DNA of 64,000 nt. It comes from an uncultured Actinomycetota bacterium. Its GTDB lineage: Bacteria > Actinomycetota > Thermoleophilia > RBG-16-64-13. Both the position numbers and the translations under genes were made by a program. Positions 9,342-18,397 of this stretch are shown here, piece after piece. The stretch spans positions 886,998-950,997 of the forward strand of contig OY969565.1 of assembly GCA_963701105.1 (NCBI GenBank). Reading direction: 5' to 3'. Every line of letters begins with the position of its first letter. Within the stretch, counting starts at the first letter, position 1. The notes under the pieces were generated by a model. That model searched no databases. It saw only the letters and a list, made by a program, of their open reading frames with translations, and had not been told where the DNA came from.

Positions 9342-10334
9342 TCAGAAGTAGTCCGGACGGAACATGTACGGAGGTCCACCGGGAGCAGCGCCGCTCAGGA
9401 GGGCGTCGAGTGCCTGGGCGTGCGCTCTTGCCGGACGCACGAGAAAGGTCTCATAGACGGTGGTGCGCAGGGTCAGACCCTGCGGAGGAGCGATTCCTGG
9501 GTGGAGATGCAGTACGCGGCGCAAACAGCCCTGGCGGGCGGCGCGAGACAACTCCGACTCCATTAGGGCCTCGAGGACGTCCTCCTCCCCGGGCGCGCAC
9601 ACGGCCTCAAGGACGGTGAAGATGTCGCCATCGCTGCGCGAGCGCATGTAGGCTGCAGCACCCCCATCCGCCAGCAAGAAGTCCCGGGTGTCGGGGACGT
9701 CCGAACGCAGATCCTCCACAAAGCGGCTGTGTTCCAAGTGGTAGGCCCAGTAGCCGAGATCACGTGCCACCGAAAGCGGGCAACGCGTCGCCACCGACGA
9801 GTAGGCATACGCTACCCGTTCAAGATCAGCCGAGTTGTACGGGGATCCCAGAGTTCGAGGACCCGCGACGCCTGAGGCCTGAATCGTGCCGGGCACAGAA
9901 GGCAACGGCCCCCGAAGAAAGGGTAAGGGCACAAGACGGTAACCCCGCTCCCGGTAGTAGGCGGGTCCGATCTCCGAGAAGAGAGCCGTCGCGACAAGAC
10001 CCTCCTCCTCCGCCCACTCGTTCACCCATTCCAGGAGGAGCCCGGCGAACCCCTGCCTCCGGTGACGCACAGGTGTGACCAACGCCTCCACCCCCGCGAC
10101 CACGCGCACCTCGGTCCTCCCCTGCGCGGTCGGCCAGTTCAGGGGGAGCTCCAGCACAAACGTGGACGACACGACTTCGACTCCTCGCCGAACGACGAAG
10201 CAGTGGGTGCGCGTCGCCGCCCACCCGTGACGCCAGCGCAGCGCCAGGAAGCCGACCAATGCTTCGGTGGCCCTGCGTTCCGCGAGGCGCCATTCTTCGG
10301 GCGTCGCCGGCCCGATCTGGATCCCTCCCGGCAC
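9342..10334 (-). CDS. GNAT-family N-acetyltransferase with extended C-terminal domain (Eis-like architecture)
   Basis: ORF 9342..10586. GNAT motif A (VRHRRQGFAGLLLEW). Start set to GTG 10334, directly after the TGA of the upstream gene (10336-10338). Confidence 0.65.
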   Translation of the reverse strand: MPGGIQIGPATPEEWRLAERRATEALVGFLALRWRHGWAATRTHCFVVRRGVEVVSSTFVLELPLNWPTAQGRTEVRVVAGVEALVTPVRHRRQGFAGLLLEWVNEWAEEEGLVATALFSEIGPAYYRERGYRLVPLPFLRGPLPSVPGTIQASGVAGPRTLGSPYNSADLERVAYAYSSVATRCPLSVARDLGYWAYHLEHSRFVEDLRSDVPDTRDFLLADGGAAAYMRSRSDGDIFTVLEAVCAPGEEDVLEALMESELSRAARQGCLRRVLHLHPGIAPPQGLTLRTTVYETFLVRPARAHAQALDALLSGAAPGGPPYMFRPDYF

Positions 10335-10335
10335 C

Positions 10336-11535
10336 TCAGTCCTCGCTCGGGTCGCGCACCTGCAGCATGACTTTGAAGAGGCCCCCCAGACCGTCCTCAT
10401 CGAGCAGCGACGCCAACGGTGCCGCCCGGATATCCGCCTCGAGCGAGTAGGGCTCCTCTCGGCCGCCGGCCCCGGGCAACTCCTCGGCCGCGCCGGCGGC
10501 GCGCAGAAACGAGGCGAGCGGCGCGTAGAAGACGCATTCGAACCCCAGGGCGGCGCCGTGCAGGGCCAGCGCCCGGAAGTCCACATCTGCGGTGAGGTCC
10601 TGCCGACCCACGTTGTGCAGTACGTCGCTGGTGACCTGATGATGCAGGTATCCCCGCAGCGAACGTCGGTGGAGGTCGGTGGACGCGCTCGGGGAGACGC
10701 CCGCCGCTCCCGGTGCGGGCGGAGGGCTCTCGTCCCCGGGCCCGGCCATCCAATCCCCGTAGTCCACGGTGAACACCGCCAGTTCCTCGAAGCGGCTCGA
10801 CCACTCCTCGAGGAGCCCGCGGACGGCCGGGCGCAACTCCATGTAGCCGTCGGCGGAAACGGCCCGAAGATCGGCCGCGGAGAGGCCGCGTGCGACCAGA
10901 GCGAGTTCCTCTGCCGCCACCGCGGAGAGGTTCCGCCACTCCTCGACCGGCTTGGCGCCTTCGCCGCCGTCCTCTGCGCCCAGGGTCACCCAGGCTTCGC
11001 GCGGCGCCGGGCCGCGAACATCCAGCAGGTGCACGGGAAGGGCGTCGAGCAGCTCGTTACTCACCACCAGGCCGACGGCATCGTTGAAGGAGGTGGCGCC
11101 GTGCTCCCAGACCCCCGCGTCCCAACCGGCCTCGATCGCAGTCCCGAGGGCGCCCATCTGCCGCCGCAGCAGCCCCTCACCCACATCCTCCACGCGGTAC
11201 GCGACGCGTGCCCGCAGGTCGGGACGCGTGTCCCTCCAGTGGCGGAGTACGCCCTCCGCCAGGTCGCCCTCACCCGCGCCCACCTCCACAAGTACCACCC
11301 GCTCATGAGGGATGGTATCGACAAGGTCGGCGAGGAAACGGGCCACCGCCCTGTTGAAAGCCGGCGCCTTGCGGGGGGCCGTCGTGAAGTCTCCGCTCTC
11401 ACCGAGAAAGCGGTCTGCCCGTGTGTAGTAGCCTGCCTCTGGATCGGTCAAGGCGAGCTCCATGAAGCGTGCCATGGTCACCGACCCGCCTTCCTCCTGC
11501 ATGCGGCGCCGGATGGGAGGCGGTAGAGAAGGCAT
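10336..11535 (-). CDS. SAM-dependent methyltransferase, MidA/NDUFAF7 (COG1565) family
   Basis: ORF 10336..11613. Motifs FMELAL..P..GYY, GDFTTAP and the SAM fold VLVEVGAGEGDLA. ATG 11535 lies 1 nt after the upstream stop. Confidence 0.75.
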   Translation of the reverse strand: MPSLPPPIRRRMQEEGGSVTMARFMELALTDPEAGYYTRADRFLGESGDFTTAPRKAPAFNRAVARFLADLVDTIPHERVVLVEVGAGEGDLAEGVLRHWRDTRPDLRARVAYRVEDVGEGLLRRQMGALGTAIEAGWDAGVWEHGATSFNDAVGLVVSNELLDALPVHLLDVRGPAPREAWVTLGAEDGGEGAKPVEEWRNLSAVAAEELALVARGLSAADLRAVSADGYMELRPAVRGLLEEWSSRFEELAVFTVDYGDWMAGPGDESPPPAPGAAGVSPSASTDLHRRSLRGYLHHQVTSDVLHNVGRQDLTADVDFRALALHGAALGFECVFYAPLASFLRAAGAAEELPGAGGREEPYSLEADIRAAPLASLLDEDGLGGLFKVMLQVRDPSED

Positions 11536-11536
11536 C

Positions 11537-12019
11537 CTATTCCGCCGACCCGTCGGCGGCGACGGGCACCTGCAACCCCACCTCCCACTCGGCAGGGCGC
11601 CCCTTCGGGGCACTGCGATACACCTGCCTGTGGGTGGCGGTGGTGCGCCGCAGTCCCTGGGACTCTATCCAGGAGAACAGCAACGCCAAGGTCTCGCCCA
11701 CCGCGTCCGGGTAGCCACGGTGCACGCAGGCAGCCACGGTTTCGGGCTCCTGAGCACGCACCACGATGTCGGCACCAGCCGGGCCCGCCCCCAGGATCGC
11801 AGGCGGAAGCGGGAGCCACGCCTCCGCGTCGATCTCATCGCTGCCGCTCGGTGCATCTGCGTACACGCCGATCAAAGGGCCCCACTGTTCTAGGTGGTGT
11901 ACGTCGGCCCACGACAGCAGCCTATCGAAGGCTTCGCCGACACCTCGCGGCGGCCCTCGATAGGCGGCGACGGCCACCACCAGAGACTCGGTGTGTCGCA
12001 CGGCGCAGTCACTCATCAC
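11537..12019 (-). CDS. GyrI-like (AraC effector-binding fold) small-molecule-binding protein
   Basis: 160 aa. Duplicated beta-alpha-beta-beta-like pattern typical of GyrI/SOUL-like proteins. Its ATGA overlaps the upstream gene stop. Confidence 0.6.
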   Translation of the reverse strand: MMSDCAVRHTESLVVAVAAYRGPPRGVGEAFDRLLSWADVHHLEQWGPLIGVYADAPSGSDEIDAEAWLPLPPAILGAGPAGADIVVRAQEPETVAACVHRGYPDAVGETLALLFSWIESQGLRRTTATHRQVYRSAPKGRPAEWEVGLQVPVAADGSAE

Positions 12020-14271
12020 GCCTCGCGGTGCACTCCGACGGCATCGAGGAACGCGCGATAGCGCGCCATCTTAGCTATCACCCGCACGGAACGGAGGGGT
12101 GAGGGCAGGATCACGGCCGAGTAGGGACCGTCGGCTGTGTACACCGCTTGGTCCATCGGAGTGAACGACACGTTGACGATTGGCTTGCGGTAGCGGTTCA
12201 TCAACTCCCCGGCCTTGCGGATGAAGGCCGCTTCACGGCTCTCGAAATCTTCGAACTCCCCAAGCTCACGCAGCGCGGTATCCTCCGAGGCGGCAGCATG
12301 GATGCGCTGCGCCGTCTCGATGGTCCTCTGCCGACCGGCTCCGTTCCCCACGATCCCCAGCACGATGACGGCGTCGACCGCATCGCTGCGCACCACCGAC
12401 TCCACCGCCCGTTCCGGGGCATGATCGCTCATGGTGCCCACCAGGTCCACGGGGTTGCCATGGCTCCAAAACGGCGGGAGCACCTCATCGATCTCAGCGA
12501 TGACCTCCGGAGGCAGTTCCGCCAGCGTAAGCCCGGTGCGCGAGATCTCGTCGGCGCTCAGGACCCCCCATCCGCCGCCCATGGTGACCACCGCCACCCG
12601 CCGCCCTTTCGGAAGCGGCATGTACGAGAGGGAGAAGGCCAGATCAAGGAACTCGTCGGGATCGTTGGTGGAGATGATGCCGCTCTGGCGGACGACGGCC
12701 TCGTATACCCGGGCCGAACCCGCCATCGTGCCGGTATGCGACAACGCGGCTTTCATCCCGTAGTCGCTGATAGCCGCCCGCAGTACGATCACCGGCTTCT
12801 CGGTGGTGGCCTTGCGCGCCTCCTCCATGAACCTGCGGCCGTCGTTGAACCCCTCCAGGTAGGCGAGGATCACGCCTGTCTGCGGGTCGGTGCGGAAGTA
12901 CTCGAACAGGTCGGTGGCGTCGAACAGAGCCTCGTTCCCGATGCCCACGAACTTGCCGATGCCGCCCTTGCGATCTTCGGCCGCCGCCATTAGTTGCACG
13001 CCCATGTTGCCCGACTGCGAGAGGAAGCTGGCGGGCCCTATGACCGGGTGCAGGATGATGGCGCCGGTCGCGTAGAAATGACTCCACGACGAGATGACGC
13101 CCATGCAGTTGGGCCCGATCATCGCCATTCCGTGGCTGGCAGCCGTCTCCGCGATCTGGCGCTCGAGCGCCGCCCCCTCCGCTCCGACCTCCGAGAAGCC
13201 GGAAGTGATCACGACCACCGCCTTGACACCCAGGGTCCCGCTCTCTTCGACCACCGCCAGAACCAGGTTAGCGGGCACCGCGATCAGCACGAGGTCGGGG
13301 ACCTCAGGCAGCTCCGACAGCGATGCGTAGGCCTTCAGCCCGAAGATGTGATCGGATCGGGGGTTGATCGGATAGAGTGTGCCTTCGAACTCTCCGGAGA
13401 TGATGTTGTTGATGATCGTGCCGCCCCACTTGGTGGGGTCGTTCGAGGCCCCCACCACGGCCACGGTCTTGGGGCTGAACACGGCATCCAGATTGCGTAG
13501 CCTGGCCGCGAACTCTTTCTTGGGAGGCGCGACCGGCGACCCCAAGGTCACCAGAGCATCGACAGCCACGGGACGAGTGCCATCGATGAGCACCGGGTTC
13601 ACATCGATCTCTTGGATCTCGGGATGGTCGAACGCGATGCGACCCACGGCGCAGATCAGATCCACAAACGCATGCCTATCGACGGCGGGCGAGCCCCGGA
13701 ACTCCCCCAGTAGCCGCGAAGCCCGGATGGCCCCCAGAAGTTCGTCGGCCTCGCGCTCGTCGAGGGGAGCGACTCCGAAAGCCACGTCGTCGAGGGCTTC
13801 CGTCAATATGCCCCCCACGCCGAACATGACCACCGGGCCGAACTGCGGGTCTCGCGTAAGGCCTACCACGAACTCGCGGCCTCGAGGCAGCATCTTCTCC
13901 ACCAGGATGCCGTCGAGACCCCCTTCCCCACGCCGCTCAAGAACATGGAAGGCCGAACGGACGGCCTCCTCGTCGTCGACGTCGAGGACCACGAGTCCCG
14001 CGTCGGTCTTGTGCAACACCTCTCGCGATAGCCCCTTCATCACCACGGGGTAGCCGAGTTCTGATGCCACCTTGACCGCGGCGTCTTCCGTGCCCACCAC
14101 CCGCCCGGGAGTGACCGGTATGCCGTAGGCGGCGAACAGGGCTTTGCCGGCGGACTCGTCGAGGGCGGTGTGACCTGCGGCGAGCGCCGCCGCCACGATG
14201 TCGCGACCGGGGGGCGTCACCTGCCCCGAATCCCCAACCAACGCGTCGGCACCGGCCGTTTCGGGCGACAT
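12016..14271 (-). CDS. ADP-forming acetyl-CoA synthetase / acyl-CoA synthetase (NDP-forming), fused ATP-grasp + CoA-binding/ligase domains
   Basis: 751 aa. N-terminal ATP-grasp domain (ESAGKALFAAYGIPV), then CoA-binding (KTVAVVGASNDPTKWGG) and succinyl-CoA-ligase-like domains. No GNAT tail. Confidence 0.85.
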   Translation of the reverse strand: MSPETAGADALVGDSGQVTPPGRDIVAAALAAGHTALDESAGKALFAAYGIPVTPGRVVGTEDAAVKVASELGYPVVMKGLSREVLHKTDAGLVVLDVDDEEAVRSAFHVLERRGEGGLDGILVEKMLPRGREFVVGLTRDPQFGPVVMFGVGGILTEALDDVAFGVAPLDEREADELLGAIRASRLLGEFRGSPAVDRHAFVDLICAVGRIAFDHPEIQEIDVNPVLIDGTRPVAVDALVTLGSPVAPPKKEFAARLRNLDAVFSPKTVAVVGASNDPTKWGGTIINNIISGEFEGTLYPINPRSDHIFGLKAYASLSELPEVPDLVLIAVPANLVLAVVEESGTLGVKAVVVITSGFSEVGAEGAALERQIAETAASHGMAMIGPNCMGVISSWSHFYATGAIILHPVIGPASFLSQSGNMGVQLMAAAEDRKGGIGKFVGIGNEALFDATDLFEYFRTDPQTGVILAYLEGFNDGRRFMEEARKATTEKPVIVLRAAISDYGMKAALSHTGTMAGSARVYEAVVRQSGIISTNDPDEFLDLAFSLSYMPLPKGRRVAVVTMGGGWGVLSADEISRTGLTLAELPPEVIAEIDEVLPPFWSHGNPVDLVGTMSDHAPERAVESVVRSDAVDAVIVLGIVGNGAGRQRTIETAQRIHAAASEDTALRELGEFEDFESREAAFIRKAGELMNRYRKPIVNVSFTPMDQAVYTADGPYSAVILPSPLRSVRVIAKMARYRAFLDAVGVHREA

Positions 14272-14417
14272 ACTGGTCCTCCTTGTCGGGCAATCTTCAC
14301 TGACGACGGCAGGCCTCGAGGCTGCCGCGAAAGAGCTTCAGATCACGACATCCGACAATAGCACAGGGTACGGGGGCGCCGTGACGCAAGGCCACACTGC
14401 GGTTCCGCGCCGACGAC

Positions 14418-15344
14418 TCAAACCACCAGCGACAGCAGGGCCACGGAGCACACCGACACTGCGACCGCCACCGACTTGCGCCACGTCAACCGTTCCATGC
14501 CCAGTCCTACCGAGAGCAGCAAGGCCACGACGAAACTCATGTTCGCGATGGGGATCACGATGCTCGCCTGCCCGTGCTCCACCGCCAGCAGTAGAGAGTT
14601 GACGATCAAGAACACCAAGACCCCGGACAGGAGCGAATACACGGCCTTCTTGGGAGTCATCCGCAGGCGACCTTCGCGGAGCAAGGCGTAGACGGCGCCG
14701 CCCACGATCCAGCATATCGCGCCGATCACCAGCACAGACTGAAGCGCCGCCCCGTGCGCGAGACCGGCCTTGGATACGACCCCGTAGGCAGCGCGGAAGG
14801 AGGAAGCGGTGACGGCCAGGGTGAAGAACAGTGCGAAACGCCGGCCGGTCACCTCTCCCCGGCCACCCCGGCGGTAGAGCAGGATCACGGCTGTGAGTCC
14901 CAGGGCGACACCCACGCCTTTGCGCCAACCCATTCCCTCGCCTAGGAACACCAGGGACAATACGACTACGCCCACCGTGTTCAGTCTGTAGATGGTCGAG
15001 CCGAGGCTCACATCGATATGAGAGAGACTCTCGAGGAGAAGGATGTTGGAAGCCGTGAGCAGCGCGCCGGCTACCAACCCCCAGACCAGCGTCGTCTCCC
15101 CGAGTTCGAGCCCCACGCCCCGCGAGCCAACCGTGGCGACCTGCAGTACCGCCCAGACCATCCCGATCCCGAAGACGTAGGCCCCCCGAGACCTGTCCTT
15201 GACCGCGTACCGCTTGAACACCACGTCGTTGAGTCCTGCGCAGACCAGGCTGACGAGCGCGTAGAGTACCGAAGAAGTCAATCCCCAGTCACCGAGTTCG
15301 CCACCCCCCGAGGGAACGCCGCCGGCAATCGTCAACCCGGTCAC
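14418..15344 (-). CDS. EamA/DMT-family transporter
   Basis: ORF 14418..15560, with about 10 TM segments. The N-terminal 70 codons of the ORF merely read through the tmRNA gene (GFDSPRLH is the T-arm). Start moved to GTG 15344; uncertain. Confidence 0.75.
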   Translation of the reverse strand: MTGLTIAGGVPSGGGELGDWGLTSSVLYALVSLVCAGLNDVVFKRYAVKDRSRGAYVFGIGMVWAVLQVATVGSRGVGLELGETTLVWGLVAGALLTASNILLLESLSHIDVSLGSTIYRLNTVGVVVLSLVFLGEGMGWRKGVGVALGLTAVILLYRRGGRGEVTGRRFALFFTLAVTASSFRAAYGVVSKAGLAHGAALQSVLVIGAICWIVGGAVYALLREGRLRMTPKKAVYSLLSGVLVFLIVNSLLLAVEHGQASIVIPIANMSFVVALLLSVGLGMERLTWRKSVAVAVSVCSVALLSLVV

Positions 15345-15406
15345 GGTGACGACCTGCCCGCCGGGAACGCGAAGCGCGTTCGGGAGGAACAGGTCGCTTG
15401 TCTGAA

Positions 15407-15771
15407 GGTGGAGGCGGGGGGAATCGAACCCCCGTCCGAAACTCGTCTGGAAAAGGCTTCTACGAGCGTAGCCCCTACTATATTTTCTCGCCTCGCGCCC
15501 CCGTAGGAGCAGGGTGTGCTCGGCCAGCCACCTTAGTGTCCCCTCTGGCGCCGGCGGCATTCGCCGAGGGTAAGCCCGCCTGAATGATGCCGTCTCACTC
15601 CCCGGCAGGCGCGGGAGGGACGACAGGTCACTTTAGCTAGTTAAAGCTAAGCGGCCAGTGCCAATTGGGAATCGGCAGTTGTGTTTTTCCAACCCGTTTA
15701 TCGAGAATGGTTGGAATCTCGGCTCGCTACCTTGACTCAGACCTGAGCCCCGTCGAAACCATGTCGCCCCC
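15407..15771 (-). ncRNA. ssrA: tmRNA (SsrA)
   Basis: 5' end is GGGGGCGACATGGTTTCGACGGGG. 3' end is GGACGGGGGTTCGATTCCCCCCGCCTCCACC, with a G3:U pair in the acceptor stem. The tag ORF is GCC GAT TCC CAA TTG GCA CTG GCC GCT TAG (15676..15647), giving (A)ADSQLALAA. smpB and rnr lie nearby. Confidence 0.93.
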
Positions 15772-15823
15772 ATGCGCATGAGAGGCAGACGGCCCCTGTG
15801 GACCTGGATCTGCGTACCGGTTA

Positions 15824-15832
15824 AGTATACCA
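15824..15832 (-). promoter_or_regulatory. Candidate extended -10 promoter (TGGTATACT) for ssrA precursor
   Basis: The minus strand reads TGgTATACT about 50 nt upstream of the mature tmRNA 5' end. No good -35 element was found. Confidence 0.3.
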
Positions 15833-16006
15833 CCGCGCATCGGTCGACTCCGGCATGCACTCGCAATGCTGTCGCGGCTAGACCCCACGCCGAGCCCCCA
15901 AGGCTCAGTCATCCGCAACAATCCGGCGGTGGGCGTCTCGTGCGGTCGCGCGGTGGAGTCGGAATTTCCGAGGCACCGGCACCGACCGCGCTATTATTAG
16001 GCCACC

Positions 16007-16357
16007 GTGAGCGACCATCGATCAACTACCGACCGCCCCGACGAGGCCTCCCTCTCCCCCATGCGCGCCGCACAGAGGAGCCGGCACCCGCCGAGCGACA
16101 CATCGCTCGAAGCGGCAGAGGTGCGGCGGGCTGTCCTGCGACGCATGACCCTCGACCAAAAAGCCGCCCTGATCTCCGAGCTCAGCGAAGCGCTGCGCGA
16201 CACCATGATCGCCGGCGTGAGATCCCGCCACCCCGAATACACCGAGGCTGAGGGACGCTGGGCCACCGTCCGACACCTCCTGGGCGATGAGCTGTTCGCC
16301 GCGGCCTATCCCGACGCGCCGCGCCGGGGGTTCGCATGGGAGGCGCACCGCACGTGA
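16007..16357 (+). CDS. Hypothetical protein, upstream partner of a nucleotidyltransferase (possible TA-like component)
   Basis: 116-aa ORF with a GTG start. Its stop overlaps the next gene start (GTGA at 16354-16357). The helical C-terminal half contains RWATVRH. No family recognised. Confidence 0.5.
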   Translation: MSDHRSTTDRPDEASLSPMRAAQRSRHPPSDTSLEAAEVRRAVLRRMTLDQKAALISELSEALRDTMIAGVRSRHPEYTEAEGRWATVRHLLGDELFAAAYPDAPRRGFAWEAHRT

Positions 16358-16920
16358 CCCAGATCCGCATTCTGGGTGAGATCCTCGATATCTTCACCGA
16401 ACTGCACATCCCACACATGATCGTAGGCTCGTTTGCGAGCGGCTTTCACGGAGAGTTCAGAGCCACGCAGGACGCCGATCTGGTCATCGATCCAACACCG
16501 GAGCAGCTGGACACGCTTCTGGAGCGCGTAAGTAGCGACTTCTACGTCTCGCCCGAGGCTGCGAGGGACGCGCTCTCACGACGCGGCCAGTTCAACTTGG
16601 TGCACTTCGAAACAGCATGGAAGATCGACCTCATCATCCGGAAGGAACGCGCTTTCAGCCGAGAAGAGTTCGCCCGCAGGCGGGAGGAGAACCTCGGCGG
16701 CCACCAGGCCTGGGTCAATTCCCCCGAGGACGTCATCCTGGCCAAGCTGGAGTGGGCCAAGAACTCCGGCTCAACGCGGCAGATCGAGGACGCAGCCGGA
16801 GTGATCGCGGCTTGGGGCGGCGCACTCGACTGGGACTACCTCGATCACTGGGCGCGCGAGCTGTCAGTGGAAGATCAACTTGCTCAGATGCGACCACCGG
16901 ACACTCGCTCCAGAGAGTAG
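16354..16920 (+). CDS. Minimal nucleotidyltransferase-fold protein (MNT/DUF-type)
   Basis: ORF 16336..16920. NTase motif GSFASGFHGEFRATQDADLVID. Start set to GTG 16354, which has GGGAGG about 10 nt upstream and a GTGA overlap with the previous ORF. Confidence 0.65.
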   Translation: MTQIRILGEILDIFTELHIPHMIVGSFASGFHGEFRATQDADLVIDPTPEQLDTLLERVSSDFYVSPEAARDALSRRGQFNLVHFETAWKIDLIIRKERAFSREEFARRREENLGGHQAWVNSPEDVILAKLEWAKNSGSTRQIEDAAGVIAAWGGALDWDYLDHWARELSVEDQLAQMRPPDTRSRE

Positions 16921-16990
16921 GCGGTCGCTGTGGGCTGACGCCGGCGGCCATATGGCGAGCCTTCCCTGCCGACCGGCCCCCGCACATCTC

Positions 16991-17407
16991 TCACGCTTCC
17001 AACCAGGAGTCGGGAGATACCCCCTCCCCTCGCGATAGGTGTTCGGCATCCCACGAGACAAGCGTGCTTCCCGTGCCATCCGCCGCCGCCACGTAAAGGG
17101 CGTCGGCGCCACGGAGGAATCTCTCTGTGCCAGCTTCGAAGGAGCGAGCGAGAAGTGGGCCATCCACGGGGACGTAACTCACGAAGTCAGGAGCAAGCAT
17201 CGCTTTGGTTAGTCGCCTCGCACTCACGGCGTCCCTGCTCCTGCGGGCCAACGCGCATCCAACCTCGACGAGAACGATGGCGGGGACCGTCAGTCGGAAA
17301 CCGCGGCGACCGACCTCGGCGAGGAAGAATCGACTCACGTCACACCGCGGGTCGGAGGCGTCAGCGGCGGCAACCCACACGCTGGCATCAACCGTGACCG
17401 CACTCAT
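16991..17407 (-). CDS. vapC: PIN-domain toxin VapC
   Basis: 138 aa. Conserved acidic PIN residues are present (VDASVW, LVEVG, GADALYVA, SWDAEH). Its ATGA overlaps the upstream antitoxin ORF. Confidence 0.85.
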   Translation of the reverse strand: MSAVTVDASVWVAAADASDPRCDVSRFFLAEVGRRGFRLTVPAIVLVEVGCALARRSRDAVSARRLTKAMLAPDFVSYVPVDGPLLARSFEAGTERFLRGADALYVAAADGTGSTLVSWDAEHLSRGEGVSPDSWLEA

Positions 17408-17667
17408 CGCGGCTCTAGCCGGCCTCGGGCTTCTTCCAGGAGAGAGCGCGCCGTGGATTCTGACGGAGCGTCCTTCATGGTCTTGTCAGCCAGGCGAACC
17501 CAGTCCGTGAGCCACTGATCTGCGGTAGCGTCTGGAACGGGTAGCCCGCCCTCCAGCCATCGGCTGTACAGCTCTATGGTCACTTCTCGAACGGGGCGAC
17601 CCTCAAGCGCACTCTTAGCCTTGACCCGGCGATACAGATCTTCTGGGATGTCCAAGGTCGCCTTCAT
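17404..17667 (-). CDS. vapB: VapB-type antitoxin (RHH/CopG-like N-terminus)
   Basis: 87-aa ORF (MKATLDIPEDLYRRVKAKSALEGRPV...). It is the 3' part of listed ORF 17404..18354. Its stop overlaps the vapC start. Confidence 0.75.
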   Translation of the reverse strand: MKATLDIPEDLYRRVKAKSALEGRPVREVTIELYSRWLEGGLPVPDATADQWLTDWVRLADKTMKDAPSESTARSLLEEARGRLEPR

Positions 17668-17774
17668 GCCTTTAGGATAGCAGGTTAACCGTATTCCTGG
17701 TAATGTTGGCCCCCGGCGCGTCATCCCGCCTTCTCCTCTCCGACCCCCATACCGCGGCCGGTGAGAACGCGTGC

Positions 17775-18242
17775 TTACACCTTGTGGCGCTCGCGGAAGG
17801 CCCGCTCGATGTCTCGCTGCGCGTCCTTCTTGGCGAGGTCCTGGCGCTTGTCGTACGTAGCCTTGCCTTTGGCCAGGGCGATCTCCACCTTGGCCCGGCC
17901 GTCCTTGAAGTACATCTTCGTGGGCACGAGGGTGTAGCCGGCACGCTGGATCTTGCCGACCAGGCGCTTGAGCTCGTGACGATGCACCAGCAGCTTGCGG
18001 ATGCGCAGGGGATCGTGGTTGAAGATATTGCCCTGGTCGTAGGGGCTGATGTGGACTCCGATCAGCCACAGCTCGTTGTCTTTGACCGAGGCATATGAGT
18101 CGCGCAGGTTCGCCTTGCCGACGCGGAGCGACTTGACCTCGGTGCCCGTAAGCACGATGCCCGCTTCGAAGCTCTCCTCGATATGGTAGTCGTGAAAAGC
18201 CTTCTTGTTCTGCGCGATGAGTTTGAAGCCGTTCTGTCTCAT
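17775..18242 (-). CDS. smpB: SsrA-binding protein SmpB
   Basis: ORF 17775..18368. Start moved to [23 protein letters not shown] (ATG 18242). SmpB motifs are present throughout, including the basic C-terminal tail. Confidence 0.93.
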   Translation of the reverse strand: MRQNGFKLIAQNKKAFHDYHIEESFEAGIVLTGTEVKSLRVGKANLRDSYASVKDNELWLIGVHISPYDQGNIFNHDPLRIRKLLVHRHELKRLVGKIQRAGYTLVPTKMYFKDGRAKVEIALAKGKATYDKRQDLAKKDAQRDIERAFRERHKV

Positions 18243-18397
18243 GGGACACGGAGTATAGCAGCGGCCGCCGGGACTCCTCCGCGGCGCGGCTGAGACGGAG
18301 GCGCCAATCGGGGACGGAACACGCCCAGCGCCGCAAGGGCGGAGCCCGGTGCACCGGCGGACGCGCAAGGCCCGGGCCCCGCAGGGCCGCAGCCGGG

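Noticed and set aside
15345-15560. N-terminal extension of ORF 14418..15560 (MPPAPEG ... GFDSPRLH ...).
   Set aside because: This stretch is the tmRNA 3' domain read as protein. The transporter gene must start downstream of the tmRNA.
17668-18354. Upstream 229 codons of ORF 17404..18354.
   Set aside because: They overlap smpB in another frame and are Arg/Pro-rich. Only the last 87 codons (the vapB-like ORF) have a plausible start, composition and coupling to vapC.
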